Shown: positions 10,818 through 27,914, counted from the whole stretch's first letter. The stretch is DNA of 63,838 nucleotides, filler included, from Atractiella rhizophila (GCA_021432655.1; 10 parts of 10 records of this genome joined end to end with filler, not necessarily neighbours in it); one strand, 5' to 3'. Notes: generated from the sequence alone by a model not told the origin. Numbers and translations: made by a program.

Positions 10818-12196
10818 ATGTCTTGCTTCCAACCCAATTCCCTGCTGAGTTGGACGAGAACTCAAAGGACAATGGCTAATACGAACGCTCAAACGACGAA
10901 ACGATTTTTCTCCAATCTTCGCATCCCTCCTCCTCCTCGGCCCATCTTCTCGAAGCCACAAGCCTTCCGGATCCGCCAGTTGCGCCAACAGAGCACGATT
11001 GCATCCTCCGCGACTTCGAGCGCGACGGGAGAAGCCAACATCCTCCGACCAGTGTTGTGGTCGCTCGGGCTATCTGCTGGCACTCTGGTTGCTTCGGCTT
11101 GGATCACCAATCGAGAGATTAGGGAGGAGATTCGAAGGAAGGACAATTATAAGACGAAGGGAAAGATGGAGGGCAAATCGTCCCTTCCCATCCCCCAAAT
11201 CACCTCCCTCATCCTCCTCACCCAAATCTCGCTCTTTGCTGCTTCGAGACTACCTACCAAGCGATTCCCGAAGGTCCAACCATGGCTTGAGACGCACTTC
11301 ACTCATACACCCCTTTCAGGAAGGAGCTACACACTATTGACGTCGAACTTCTTCACCAAGAGGTGGACCCCCTTCATCGGCAAGCTCATCTTCATAGCTT
11401 CGCTCGGAAGGGAAGTGGAGAGGAGATTCGGCGAGGACTTGGCGGAGAGGGAGATTGGACGACGGAAGGATGCCGGTGAGGAAGTCAGGGGTTTCGAACT
11501 CCCTCCCACCATTGGAAAGTACCATTTCCTTGCTTTCTACCTCACAGGTGCGTCCTTATCTCCGTCGGCCATTGCAGAAGGGTTCTGACATGTTTTAGCT
11601 GGTACACTGTCGGTACTCGCTTCTCACGTCTTTCACGCTGTACGAATCAACCGCCTCCTCATTGGAGGAAAGGGTCTCTCCACTTCTTTGAAAGGAGCAC
11701 TCAATCCTGCCATGACCATCACTTCCGGTATTCTCTACTCTTGGGTCGCATTCGAGATCGTTTGTCCGTTTCTCTCTATCCCCCTCCTTCGCATTGCTCA
11801 TCTTCGTTGGGTAGCTCCACTCAGGGAAGGCTACGTCATCTTTGGTCCCTCGAACGAATTCCATGTCAAATGGCTCGGCTCCGGTCTTGTTCGTGTTTCC
11901 GTTTCCCACCCATTCACCAAACTCATGCTGATGTGATTGTGGTATAACAGCTAACGTTTGACTTCCTGGGCTTGTACAAAGGCTGGCTGGGCTACAACCA
12001 CCTTGCCAACATCACGGGAGCCGTGTTTGGAGTCTTCTATTTCTACATCGGCAAGAACTGGTGGAATTGGGTGCGGGAACGCCTGGAAGGAGACAGGGTG
12101 TTCATCGATCGACGCATGGCCATCCTCGACACCGACTCGCCTGCCGATGAGCAAGTTCTACCTACGCCGACTTCGACGGAGAAATTGATACAGTAG
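10818..12196 (+). CDS. Mitochondrial PARL/Pcp1-like rhomboid, probably a pseudoprotease (three introns; start approximate)
   Basis: Arg/Ser-rich presequence-like N-terminus; FLAFYLTAG; PAMTITSGILYS; GWLGYNHLANITGAVFGVFY aligns to PARL [20 protein letters not shown]. Confidence 0.75.
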
Positions 12197-13711
12197 AGTG
12201 AATCCCTTTTTGGTTGGATCAGGGTTTGTTCGTCGTCCGAATTTTTGGTTCAGAGTTGATTTTCGTCGGTTTTACTCTTACAATACAAAGAAAGGAAAGG
12301 AAGCAAGGACATTATGGATTCCCCTTTCTTCATAGTCTGATAGCTACCTAATTAGCCTTTTCGATTTGTTTCGATTGCCAGTGCCAAAAAACACAATAGA
12401 GTGGTTTGTTCGTTGGCTCTTTCAACCACAACGCTTTAGCTTTATCATTAGCAACACGCTCTTTCACTGCCTGCCTTGATCAACTTAAACTTGTTCGATT
12501 GATCAAATTCGTTGTTGTGTTCGTTAATACCCGAGTCATACCTCCAGCTCAGAAACTCTTCAAGTTGATAAGTCGTTAAAATTTGTGTTCTGATTTCTTC
12601 GTTCTCGTTTCGCATTGCGCTTCACTTTAACATTGAGTCGTCTTCGATACTTTCCTTGAGTCCCCTACCTTTCAAACTGAACTTGATAGTAGTGATAACT
12701 GATGTGGGAATCGCTGGAGTGTTCTGTAGGAATTAAATACCCCCTACTCCTCTTCCTTTGTTCCTTGGAATCCGAATTAGATAGTATTGTGAATGCTCAA
12801 TCTGATTGACACTATTCCTAAGGGAACGGTCTAAAACAGTCTACAAATCCAAAAAATCGGCTGCTTCCATTCTTCACCCAGAATGCATGTAGTTCATAAG
12901 CAACCGCAGGAGAACAAAGCAAGAGAAAACTTACACCTCAAGCGCGATCTCCAAAGGGATGCGACTCTCGAAATTTGGTAGGTCCTCATCTGTGTGCTTC
13001 GTGTAGTACAGTTTGTAATACATGTACTGGACAAGCACCTCGACGACATTTGCGCTGCAGCAACAAAGACGTTAGATTTGGGTTTACTGAAGGAGTGGAA
13101 GGGGACAGACTATTCGTTCATTTTCATTACGCCGGTTCTCGCTTCTTCGAAGTCATCTATCGTTCGTTGAATTAAATAAGGCAATGAATTAGAGGGAACG
13201 ATTCACAGTCGTTGTCCAAAGAGCTCCTTATCATCTCACTCTGACAAGCCGCCTCCCGGAGGACGACAAACTCAAATCCTGTGACACAAAGCCTGAATGA
13301 ACTTCCTCGCTGGAGGTGGCGGTTGAGCAGAACCGTACCATCTCTTGACACTAGCTTTACATATTTCTTTGACGCGTCTTCGGGTGCAAGAGAAACATCT
13401 ACAGGCTTTTCTGTGCGCGAATTCGTACATCCTTAAAACGAGAATGATGTCGTGAAAGTGAACAAGAAACGCGCTACCTGTAACAGATGATGGTCCAGCT
13501 TCTGGCTACATTGCATTCGTCAGCATATCTCAGTCAAGAAGCAAACTTGAAACGCACAGACGACATATTCCCTGCTACGATGCTAAGCGAAATGGATCGA
13601 AAGAGGAGGATCGTGGGAGAACGGAGTCATTACAAACTGAAACTAAGAGCATTAAATCAGATGACGGTATTGGATATATAGGAATGCATCCGCCACAGAA
13701 CACATATACGA

Positions 13712-13793
13712 GTTTGGATAGCTCAGCTGGTTAGAGCGCACGACTGTTAAGAACGCAATCGTGAGGTCGAGAGTTCAATCCTCTCTCTGAACG
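13712..13793 (+). tRNA. tRNA-Asn(GTT) with an 8-nt intron (13750-13757)
   Basis: Acceptor GTTTGGA/TCTGAAC, D-stem GCTC/GAGC, anticodon stem CACGA/TCGTG with CT-GTT-A loop, T-arm GAGAG-TTCAATC-CTCTC, T-run terminator at 13796-13800. Confidence 0.93.
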
Positions 13794-14073
13794 CCTTTTT
13801 CACCGCAACCACAACAAACCTTCTCACAACCTTTTGCACTGTCCTGTCTTATTTCTCTGGTGTTCACTCTACCAACCAATTCATATCTATACCTTAACAC
13901 AAGAAAGGCAAATGTGACGATTTCCTACACATAAAGGACCTGATGACTTGTTGATCTGACACATGGATCGTAAGTCGTATCTACATTCCAGCCTCCCACG
14001 CACTCTCAGTACCTCTGAGTTTGTCCATCAGGATCATTGTGTTCGCCTCAAGTTTTTGCCTGTCACTATGCCT

Positions 14074-14804
14074 TCATTCTTCAAACCCGAGGGACTTCAG
14101 AAATGCGTCGCAATATCTGTGGCATTGTTGATAGACCTTTGCCAAACGCTGATGAGTCCTGAGCGCCTAAGCAAAGAGAACAATACCAACCTGCTCAAAC
14201 CCCTCCTAAAGGAGACCAGTACCATGGCCATTATATTGTTGCTTCGACAAGGGGAAAGGGAAAGACCTACATCACCTCAATAATAAGGGTCCGGGACTTC
14301 CCTTCCATCCTGATATTCCCCAAACATCCTGACAACTGCCTTTGCGGTACCTTCCTTCTTAACGCTTTGCTGCAGACTCCGTAAAGCGGACAAATTCGAC
14401 TTATCCATTGCTAGAATGTAATCGAACTCGCTGAAATGCCATCGCTTCACCTGTTGTGCGCGTGAGGATATCGAGATACCGTGTTTCTGTAGCACATCGA
14501 TGGTACGCTCATCGTGAGTCTCCCCAATGTGGTAACCTGCGATTCTGGTGTCAGTGAACAATGTGCGCTGACGTTTAAAGATGAGGTAGACGAACCCGCT
14601 GTGCCTGCTCCTTCAATGCGATCAAACTTATCTGCTAGTCCTCGCTGGTTAACTATGGAACGGAAGAGCTCAGTCGCAAGAGGAGAGCGACAGATGTTGC
14701 CTTACTCCGAGGATTAGATTATCAGCTTTGCCTCCTGTTATAATGTAGATAGGTAGCGCACCTAAACATACAAATAATACAGAAATCTTGGGGTTGTCTG
14801 CCAT
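14074..14804 (-). CDS. LTP1: Low-molecular-weight protein tyrosine phosphatase; in-frame TGA at 14277-14279
   Basis: VLFVCLG|NICRSP P-loop, GYHIG, FDYILAMD, DPYY*GD|EGFEQ|VYQQCHRYCDAFL. 15-nt micro-exon at 14191-14205. Confidence 0.85.
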
Positions 14805-15464
14805 GATGGGAAAGAATCAGATGCACCAGGCTCCCGTGCACGTGAGTATGGTGTTGGTGTTGAGTCATGCTGCGATGCTGGGAAGGAAGTTGAAACCCGC
14901 CATTGCTTTGTCCTAAGTTCAACTTCAAAGCTTCAACTTCAACTAAGAATTGCAAGAAGGGCAGAGAACAACACCACATTGTGGCCCTAGTGTAGTTAAG
15001 AGAGTTGATTTAGCTCCGAATTGACAGAAGTGTGAGTGTGAAGTCCTCCTTGTATATTGGATGGTGGTCTAGTGTTATGCATCTGACTTCACGCCAGCCC
15101 TTTCGTTTACGCTCCTGTAACCTGCCCTAGAAATGGCAGAATCTAAAAANNNNNNNNNNNNNNNNNNNNNNNNNNNNNNNNNNNNNNNNNNNNTTAATTA
15201 ATTAANNNNNNNNNNNNNNNNNNNNNNNNNNNNNNNNNNNNNNNNNNNNTACCCAGGAGACATATGATGTTTTGCATTGACGTTAAACATGGAGCGGTGA
15301 AGATTACAAGTGCGGCTATATTTTACATGACTGGAATACACCATTGACGCCTCATCATTGCAGCAATAGCTCCGAAATAATCAACGCAGCGGGAAATCGT
15401 GAGGATCTAACATATCAGCCACTGTGAGTATTTATTTCGACTCCGCGGAAGGTCACCTTACTGT

Positions 15465-16043
15465 TTATTCGATTTGGATAGCCTTTATCCCCTCTTCCTT
15501 CCTCACCTCCTTCTTGGGTACCTCCACCTCCAAAACGCCATTCTTATATGTCGCCTTTACGTTTTCCACCTCGATGGAGCTGGGGAACCGGAACGATTTT
15601 GCGAAGCTACCGACAAATCTCTCGGATGTCCAAATTGACATCTCCTCTTCCTTTGCCTTGACAATGTCTCCATCCTTGGAAGGTTGCACATTCGCATCCC
15701 CCGAACCCTCCAAATTGTTTTCAGTCGCTGCTTCCTTCACATTTCCCCCAATTTTACCAGTCAATGTCAACGTCCTCCCACCTTCTCCCTCAAATTCAAG
15801 CTTCAGATCCTCCTTTCTCGCACCCGGAATCTCAATCTCGACCTTAAACCTGTCCTTCAGCTCCTTGACGTCCATGGGCGGATTCCAGGAATTTGCGGCG
15901 AAGGCTTCGTCAAATGCTCTCCATGGAGCAGCAAAAAAGGCGGGAGGAGGACCGAAAGGTCGGATGCGCGCGAAGTGATGGTTGGGATGGTCGAAGGCAC
16001 GCAAGGCGGAACGGAACTCTGGGAAGAATCGGGCGAGTGACAT
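15465..16043 (-). CDS. Small heat-shock protein (HSP20/alpha-crystallin)
   Basis: PPMDVKE...IEIPGARKEDL...SERFVGSFAKSFRFP...ATYKNGVLEVEVPK and C-terminal IQI motif; intronless. Confidence 0.93.
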   Translation of the reverse strand: MSLARFFPEFRSALRAFDHPNHHFARIRPFGPPPAFFAAPWRAFDEAFAANSWNPPMDVKELKDRFKVEIEIPGARKEDLKLEFEGEGGRTLTLTGKIGGNVKEAATENNLEGSGDANVQPSKDGDIVKAKEEEMSIWTSERFVGSFAKSFRFPSSIEVENVKATYKNGVLEVEVPKKEVRKEEGIKAIQIE

Positions 16044-16140
16044 GTTGCTGACTGCTGAAGGTACCAGATGTCGTGAGTCTCCTTCGCTGACTCGAAGATC
16101 AAGCTTGTAAGATTCAGGGCTGGAGGGACAATCATGCTGA

Positions 16141-16213
16141 ATTTATAGTCTGGCGAATGAATACGCGCAAGTTATCGGCTCCCCTTCGAGGCCTTACCGG
16201 AAACTTCGAGAAG
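16141..16213 (-). promoter_or_regulatory. HSP20 promoter: TATA box plus perfect heat-shock element
   Basis: TATAAAT on the minus strand near 16141-16147; GAAacTTCgaGAA at 16200-16212 (three inverted nGAAn units); CCCCT (STRE-like) near 16181. Confidence 0.75.
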
Positions 16214-17162
16214 TGGCGGATGGTGGCAAAACCGCAGAACAAGAAATCGCAGGAAGTCGAAACCACGTCAGCTTTCCAATTTCCTCCAGGTTCATTCTGT
16301 TTCTAGAATTTCCTGACAGTGGAACAGAAGTAACCAAGTCCAGGCTTCTCATGCTAACGTCACGTGCCTCGAACAATCTTCAAGCTACAGGATCAATTCT
16401 ACGGATCAGTTACATTGGACACACTACCCGACGCGGTCCTCGCTTAGGAACTGTTATTGGTTCGCCCAGCTTCGGCTGCTTTGCACCTTCTGTTTCGTCC
16501 AATGACTTGGACTTACAATAATCAGTGATCTTCGACCGCTGTTACGATACCAAATGAAACAATCTCCTTGACGTTGTTCCATGCAGAATCAAAGTCAGTC
16601 ATGATTAATCTGATTGAAGATGTGATTGGAGGATTGCACCTGGTGGTCTTCAGGGGCTTTGTCTTATCAGTTTACATCTGATGACATCCGAGCCCATTGA
16701 TTACTCGTACAGACCTCGCTCCATGCTGTTCTGCCAGGGTCCCAGGGCTCAACAACCTGCACGGCCGCTCCCCGTCCCAGTGCAAATAATCGTATCCACT
16801 GTAACCGGTCTGAAGGCAATGGTGCTGTGTGGTGCGCATGAATGCGGGAAATTACATGGCCAACCAAATTTGGCAAGCAAATTGACCGCGAAGATCTCTC
16901 GAACCTCTCGTCCTCAGGAAATCCAGCACGTCCTCGCCTTTCTCTTTCCACGAAGGTCTATAAGCGAAGAACTCGGGGGCGATTGAGCGGACTTGCGCAG
17001 CCAGGGGCGTGGTTGCGAAATTACAGGGCACAAAGGCCATTCCATCGAACCACCTTAACAAATCAGATATCTTACATCTTCCTCTCGCTCTCCTTAGATC
17101 ACGACCACATACTCCTGTTCACGAGCATTGACGAGTTGTTAATCATATTTTATTAGGGAAAA

Positions 17163-21302
<4,140 letters not shown>

Positions 21303-21997
21303 AGCTAATGGCCACGATAACGAAGGAGACGAGAACCATGTGATGCCCATCCAGAAACCAACGTTGCCTCACGAAACCTCATCATACCGCCAATAAGCCT
21401 CAAATTGGGCGTTCGATCCCGTTATTTAGTGTCATGCAACTCCCTTACTAGTTTCTATATCCATAAACGTTATTCATTTCTTCCTTGGCATCCCACTCAT
21501 CTCTCTTCTCGTGTTTCTAAGATTGAATTCTGCTGTACAAAGAGATTGACGGTCTTGAATGAGGTCTAGTTAAGAATGTTGAATGGAAAGGGAGAAGAAG
21601 GTAATTCACCGGTTGTAGTTACTCTTCCTACCCCAAGTTGTTCTTGATATGTTGTGTGTGATGTGACTACGATGTGAGCCTGAAATTAAACTGTTTTCAA
21701 GCCATTTGCAAATATTTTGCTCCTATCCTCCAAAGAATCGAGGGCTGCCTTAAACCCATAGTACCAACTTGCTTGCAAACCACACGCTTCAGAATTGGAG
21801 GTTCAGGGAGAAACAACACAGTATACATTCTGCCCAGGACAATACACCAGAAGCTCCCAGCCTGTTCCCGTAATATGACAGGAAATGCTCAGAGAGAAGG
21901 CGAACTAATTGGAGAGTCCCAGTAAGTTCCGCATATCCAAAACGAACCTGAGAAAGTGCTTGTCTCAGGCTCAGGAGTGCTCGTCTCAGGAGTTAGT

Positions 21998-22738
21998 CTA
22001 AGCAGTCTCGGATCTGCGTTTTGTCTTCTTCTTAGACACCCTCTCCTCTGTGTCGTCTACCGCAGAACCGATCTTCGCCTCCGTATTCTCTTTCTCTCTC
22101 TTCTTTTTCCTCTTCTCCTGTTTCCTATCCGACGCGGTCGTAACGCTTTCTTCTACTTGGACTCCCGCGTTTTCAGATTTGGCAGATTTCCCTCTCTTCT
22201 CCGTTCTCTTCTCACCATCCTCCGTTTCAGCGATGTTCTCGGCCAGCTCTTCCTTGACTTCAGCCGTTTCCGTTCCAGCACCACCTTGCGTTTCTACAGG
22301 AAGAGGAGGAAGACCCAAGATTTCACGCATCGCGTTCGCGTCCTGAGCTGCCCGTCGTTTGGCTGCAACGTTGCGAGATCGTGAAGCAATGGCGAGACGA
22401 TGCTGGGGAGGGGGAGGAGCGGGAGAGGGTTGGTGCGAATCAGGCGGTGTGGGAATCGTCGAGGAGGAGACGGTCACAGAATCAGCCTGGGTTTCAGATT
22501 TCTTCTCTTCGTCCTCCTTCACGGTAGAAACTTCCCTCTTCGAGGATCCAGACTTCTTCTCCTTCTTTTCCTTTTTCCTCTTCTTCCGTAGAGGCTCTTC
22601 TGATTCTTCCTCTGCCCTCGCCAAATTTGGCTCCTCTTGACTCAGTACAGGTGCCGCTGACTCCACCGCCTCCTTATCTAGATCCTCTTTCTTTCTCTTT
22701 TTACTATTGAGACGCTCTAGGAGTCTTCCGAACTCTCC
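21998..22738 (-). CDS. Lys/Glu-rich Pxr1/PinX1-like nucleolar protein, C-terminal fragment
   Basis: HRLAIASRSRNVAAKRRAAQDANAMREILG resembles the conserved fungal Pxr1 C-terminal motif; KKE/KKR low complexity. The G-patch is not visible (in gap). Confidence 0.55.
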   Translation of the reverse strand, partial: GEFGRLLERLNSKKRKKEDLDKEAVESAAPVLSQEEPNLARAEEESEEPLRKKRKKEKKEKKSGSSKREVSTVKEDEEKKSETQADSVTVSSSTIPTPPDSHQPSPAPPPPQHRLAIASRSRNVAAKRRAAQDANAMREILGLPPLPVETQGGAGTETAEVKEELAENIAETEDGEKRTEKRGKSAKSENAGVQVEESVTTASDRKQEKRKKKREKENTEAKIGSAVDDTEERVSKKKTKRRSETA

Positions 22739-22867
22739 NNNNNNNNNNNNNNNNNNNNNNNNNNNNNNNNNNNNNNNNNNNNTTAATTAATTAANNNNNN
22801 NNNNNNNNNNNNNNNNNNNNNNNNNNNNNNNNNNNNNNTAGTTGGCTCATATTGGGTAATTCGACAG

Positions 22868-23601
22868 TGCGCACAAGCTCTGCACTCCTACGGTGCCCGC
22901 GTCATTGTCACCGAAATTGATCCCATCAACGCTCTCCAAGCCGCGATGGCAGGATACGAAGTGACCACGATGGATTCAGCAGCTCCCCGCGCCAACATCA
23001 TTGTCACAACCACTGGTTGCCGTGACATTGTCACTGGAAAACACTTCGAGGTCCTTCCGGAGGACGCGATCGTTTGCAACATCGGCCACTTCGACATTGA
23101 GTTGGATGTCGACTGGTTGAAGAAGAACGCAAAGAGCGTCGTCAACATCAAGCCCCAAGTTGATAGGTACGAGCTGAAGTCGGGACGTCATGTCCTCCTG
23201 CTCGCTGAGGGTAGGCTTGTTAACCTTGGGTTCGTCTCTTCTCTTTTTCTTAGACGCAGTTTCTGATCTTAAGGTTGTAGCTGCGCCACCGGGCATCCCT
23301 CCTGGGTGATGTCGTGCTCATTCTCCAACCAAGTCCTTGCCCAAATCGCTCTCTGGCAAGATGTCGGCCCGGAGAGAAAATACCAACTTGGCGTGCATAT
23401 GCTCCCCAAGGCTTTGGACGAGGAAGTCGCCAGGGCTCATTTGAAGAGCTTAAACGTGCAATTGGAGACCTTGACTGATGTTCAGGCCGACTACTTGGGC
23501 ATTCAAAAGGACGGTCCCTACAAGGGTACGCTTTCCCCTCAGATCAGCTGTGCGAGGAGGCTAATGGGTATATGGCGACAGTCGAGCATTATAGATATTA
23601 G
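22868..23601 (+). CDS. SAH1: S-adenosylhomocysteine hydrolase, C-terminal part
   Basis: [56 protein letters not shown]. Confidence 0.97.
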
Positions 23602-23991
23602 GCTACTTACACTCGCCAAAGAGTGTAGGATGAAGTTCAAGTCTCGTAGCATTTCGCATATCGGTTCAACCCGCATACAAAAGTCTTCTTCTGTCGTGCC
23701 ACTACCAGTGCATTTCCGTCGTTCTGTCATCCATTTACAACCCAGCATTACCTCTTTCTCTTCTCTCGGATTCTAGATTGGGCATCTGTTTCTGCTTCTC
23801 ATGATAACCGTATACGTACTTACGAAGCACAAAAAAAGGTGTAAAATGAAAGAAACTGAATTCAACCTCGCATTCTTGGGCTCCGTTCCTCAGCACTCAG
23901 AGTAGCTGATTAACAGTGTGACAGCATAATGCGGTATCAAAGATTATGACACGAGATATAAATACAACGAAGTCCTTACAAGCATCTCAGA

Positions 23992-25614
23992 TCAAAACAC
24001 TCCAGCACGCCCACCAGCCGCGATCCATCGTCTCTCGTACCCTTTCAGCATTCCATCAAAAACCTCGTCCCATGGTTCAATGAGCGTCTCTCCCTCATTC
24101 TCTTCCGTCAACCAAATGTCCACACACAATCCTCCTCTCTTTGGGCTCCACACTTCGTTTCTGATTCGCCTCAGAGTGTCCTCGTTGGGTTGGTGTACGA
24201 GGTCGTCGCGAACGCGCTTGACGTGTTTGAAGAAAGGGCTTGGGAGGAAAGTGTGTTTGAGCAAGTTGGCGTGGACGAAGAGTGGGAGTGCGTGTTGTGC
24301 TCCTTGGTTGGAGGAAGACGAAGAGGGAGGGGGCAGAAAGGAGTACTGAAGCATTGTATGACCGCAGAACCTGTTGCCTTCAGGGCTTACAACTCCAGCA
24401 GAGGAGAGGTAATGTGGTGCTCTGGTATAGGGCAATCCTAGCGCATAGAAGGCATATCTAAAGCCATACAAATCATTAACACTTCCACATTCGAAGATGC
24501 ACAGGCACAAGGAAGTACGGACCGGAAAGCATCCTTATCTCCTCCAGAAAGGGAGAACCAGAACTCCCAATCCTTAGCCATGGCGTTTGCAAGCGCCAAT
24601 GCAAGGTGGTTCAGTCCGCCATTAGCAGTTTTAGAGATCAGAATGGCACCTTCACACCAAAAGAAAAGTTTCCAGCCAGTAGTAGTAAGGAATGAAATAC
24701 GCACCTGAATCCAGTTGAAAATCTCTCGTGCAATGAATACCTAGAAGTGCCCAAATTGGATTCTTTCCTATGCACGACACAGCTCGCTTCATCAGTTGTG
24801 ACAGAGACCAGCGTAATGAAAGCTCACCTCCATCCCTCGTCAAATCAGGCCAGAAGACAGCCCCTCCCTCTACTGTCCCATCCTCAAGGCGCTCAAACAG
24901 GCTCTCCAACGATCCGAGAGGCACATTGTCTGAATCGATGTAGAGGATATTTTTGAAACTACTCCTCAGTATTGCTTCTGGTTTCAACTGAAAATTCTTC
25001 CAAGCCTTGCTGTCTTTTCTACCCTCCACCGTCCTCCAAGTTATTCTCAAAGGTTTAAGCTCGTGTTCGAAAGCTACACGTGTGGGCTGATTGGGAGTCT
25101 CGGAGGGATACGAAAATATCTCGACGGGGAGGAGAGGGTTGTCCTCACGGACCATTTTGAGAGTCGCCTTCAGATTTTGGAGCGTATTTGCGTTCCCAGC
25201 TGTCGTAACTATCCCTCGTCCCTCTCCTCGAGTCTTTTCCATCACGCCCGACGCCACGTCATCTGCGACGTTCCGATACAGCTGTGTCCTTCGTTCGTAG
25301 ACCGCCGTCCCATTCGCCAGCAATTCCCTCCAACTCTCCTCGTTCCCGCGCACCTGATCTTGATTACTCTGCTCCGTGTATACCTCCGGGCATGTCGAGC
25401 CCCATCGTTCCAGGTCGTCCTGCTTCAATGGCAGGTAGAGGAGGCGATCTAAGGCTGGGACCTGTGCGGGGAAGGAGGGAGCGGATGAACCGTCAAATGT
25501 GGAAGTGGACGAGCGCGATAGATATGGCGAGGAGAGATATAGCCAGATGACGAGGACGAAAGAAAGGGTAGAAACGGGGAGGACGAAGAGGAGGAGTGGA
25601 CGCTGAAGCACCAT
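23992..25614 (-). CDS. GT71 alpha-mannosyltransferase (Mnn2/Mnn1 family)
   Basis: N-terminal TM anchor; GIVTTAG, LPVEIF, FQLKPEAILRSSF, YIDSDN (DxD), GAVFWPD, GGDKDAFR, FVHANLLK. Confidence 0.88.
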
Positions 25615-26802
25615 GGCTAGCTGATGCTGACTGGACGAGATTGATGGCCAAAGGCAAAGTTGGATCTAAAGACACCTTCGCAGTCAGCATTCCAGGTGCT
25701 GTATTAGGTCTATTTGAGAAATTGACGTTGCTTGGGAGCAAATACCCCTGCATTGTATACCCGCAGACGCTCGCATCTCTGAAGCCTGACGTGACGACGC
25801 CTGACTGCGCTTGGTAGGACCACAGAAATAGTTTCACTTTCACCTAAATTGCTCGAGGTGGGCGAAAGATTCATTTCACCTAGCCCGAGCTGAACTAAAC
25901 TGTCACACAAGCCTATAAAAGAGAATAATATTATGCTGCAATTTGTGACGGTTTGAGCATCCTGGAAGGAGCCACTGCGCGTGAAGGCGAACAGTTTGAG
26001 CAGCAATTACAGAGGGGCGTGTTCTTTGCAAAAAGTAAACGATTTCCACAAATCCACGTATTCATGTGTTATTCATGGTCCATTTTAAGGGTGATTCAAG
26101 GTAAGGCAAAGATTTTGGCGCTCAGCCCGAAATTAGGGGTACACTTGTCTAGATCCTGAAGAAGAGCACAACAATGCCACAGAGAAGTTTTCACATACCC
26201 TTGGAGTTGAATGAATACCTACTCCCACATTGGTGATATTGGTTGGTGTTAATGTGTAGATGTTGTTCGAGTTGATGCAAGTCGATGTAGCATTATCGAA
26301 TCGAACGACTCAGAGTGACCTTGTGCGACCAGCACTGGACCAATACATAATATCAGTAGAGAAGCAATATTCAGAGATGTATCTATAGACGCGAGAACGG
26401 AGTTGTCAATAGTGCCACAAAGTAGAAGACCACCTGTCTCAGTAAGTTCCAGTCCACAGTCTAGGCTGCGCGGCCCAACATTACCCAACATTATCTACCT
26501 TGATTTGGAAGCTTTGCGCTCTGAATTCCGAGAACATATTAATCTCAAGCGTACTATTGTTCTTAGTCCAGGAATATTTGGAAGTCCTACGAATATCCCT
26601 ATTTAACTCTCTCAGTGGCGTATCCCTTTATCAACGGTACACATATTGTTAAAATTTGCAAGTCTCGTCAGAATGCATATAAGCTCTCACTTGCTCTGCA
26701 ACATTGGGTTGTTTCATGTGCTGTAGCAAGGTCCGATTTCAAGCAGTTGGATGCGTGATATGAGTTGTACTCTCTGGCTGACTTTTACTGCATTGATTAG
26801 AC

Positions 26803-27834
26803 ATGAATTCCTCTCTAGGTGGTGTCGAAGCCCTCGTCTTTGACGTCTTTGGGACTTTGGTCGAATGTGAGACTTGCGCCAACCAAGTTTATCACGTCCA
26901 ATTGTGTATTAGGGGAGCAATCCGTCTCATCCCAACTTCGAGAAATTGCATCTTCCTCATCCGAGCCTGACAGTAGGTTTGTCGCATCTTTTGTTGGCTT
27001 GACCAAATGGGAGGACAGGCAGGATAGATTGGCTTCAGTTCACGCGTGATTGGAGAGCAGGATATTGGAGACTTACGTTAGCTATGCTTATCAACTATTA
27101 TGAACAACAGTATTGACTTCAGGATGAAAGGAAAGAAATCGCCAGCGGGCAGTCGACAGGTCCTACTAATGTGGATGAGGTGCACCTTTTGCTCTTGAAG
27201 GACCTTTTGCAACGAACGGAGTATCAAGCAGTGAGAGCAGAGTGGGAAACAGATGTTTCCAAGTTATCAACAGCGGTGGAAGCTTGGCATAAATTGGCTG
27301 GTACACCTCTTCCTCATGTTTCACAATGATTTGCTCATGAGGGGTGCAATACCGTTCAGGTTGGCCTGATTCTTCCAGTGCCCTGGCGTCACTCCATTCC
27401 CAAGGATATATCCTGTCTACATTGTCCAACGGCTCCTTGCGCCTATTAATTGACTTGTGTCGGTATGCGGACCTCAAATTCGATGTACTGCTTTCTGGAG
27501 ATTTGCTGAACAGTTACAAACCCGATCCCATCATGTATGAACGCACTTGCGAGCTGCTAGGTTACGGAAACCAGAGAGAGAAGGTAGCTTTGGTGGCTAG
27601 TCATGTTTATGATGTGAGAAAAGCGAGTGAGATGGGTGTAAATTCTCACTACTCTGCGCTGCTGATGCTAAACCTTATGAGTAGATGAAGACCGTGTATA
27701 TAAGGAGAGAAACGGAAGATACTGAGTACGATAGAACCAAGTTTATGGCAAAGGAGAACGGAGGGGAGTTCGATGCTGTTGTGAACAATCTTCAGGAATT
27801 GGTTGATACTCTTGGTAGAAATCATGTGAAGTAA
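26803..27834 (+). CDS. HAD-superfamily hydrolase (type II haloacid dehalogenase-like)
   Basis: ALVFDVFGTLV, GWPDS, LSTLSNG, SYKPDP, LVASHVYDV, GMKTVYIRRETED; several introns. Confidence 0.88.
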
Positions 27835-27914
27835 GCCGCCTGCTGCTTCTGACGCTGCTGACGTGATCTTGGAATGTTGCAGAGTGTAGGCATGTAGGAA
27901 TGATGATGCAACAC

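Noticed and set aside
12200..13700. Gene-poor stretches (also 25650-26780 and 31850-32870) examined for ncRNAs or small genes
   Set aside because: No convincing box motifs, stems or conserved frames visible by eye.
15424..15978. Long antisense ORF over HSP20 (likewise over PKC1, PXR1 and gypsy)
   Set aside because: Codon-bias shadows with no independent motifs.
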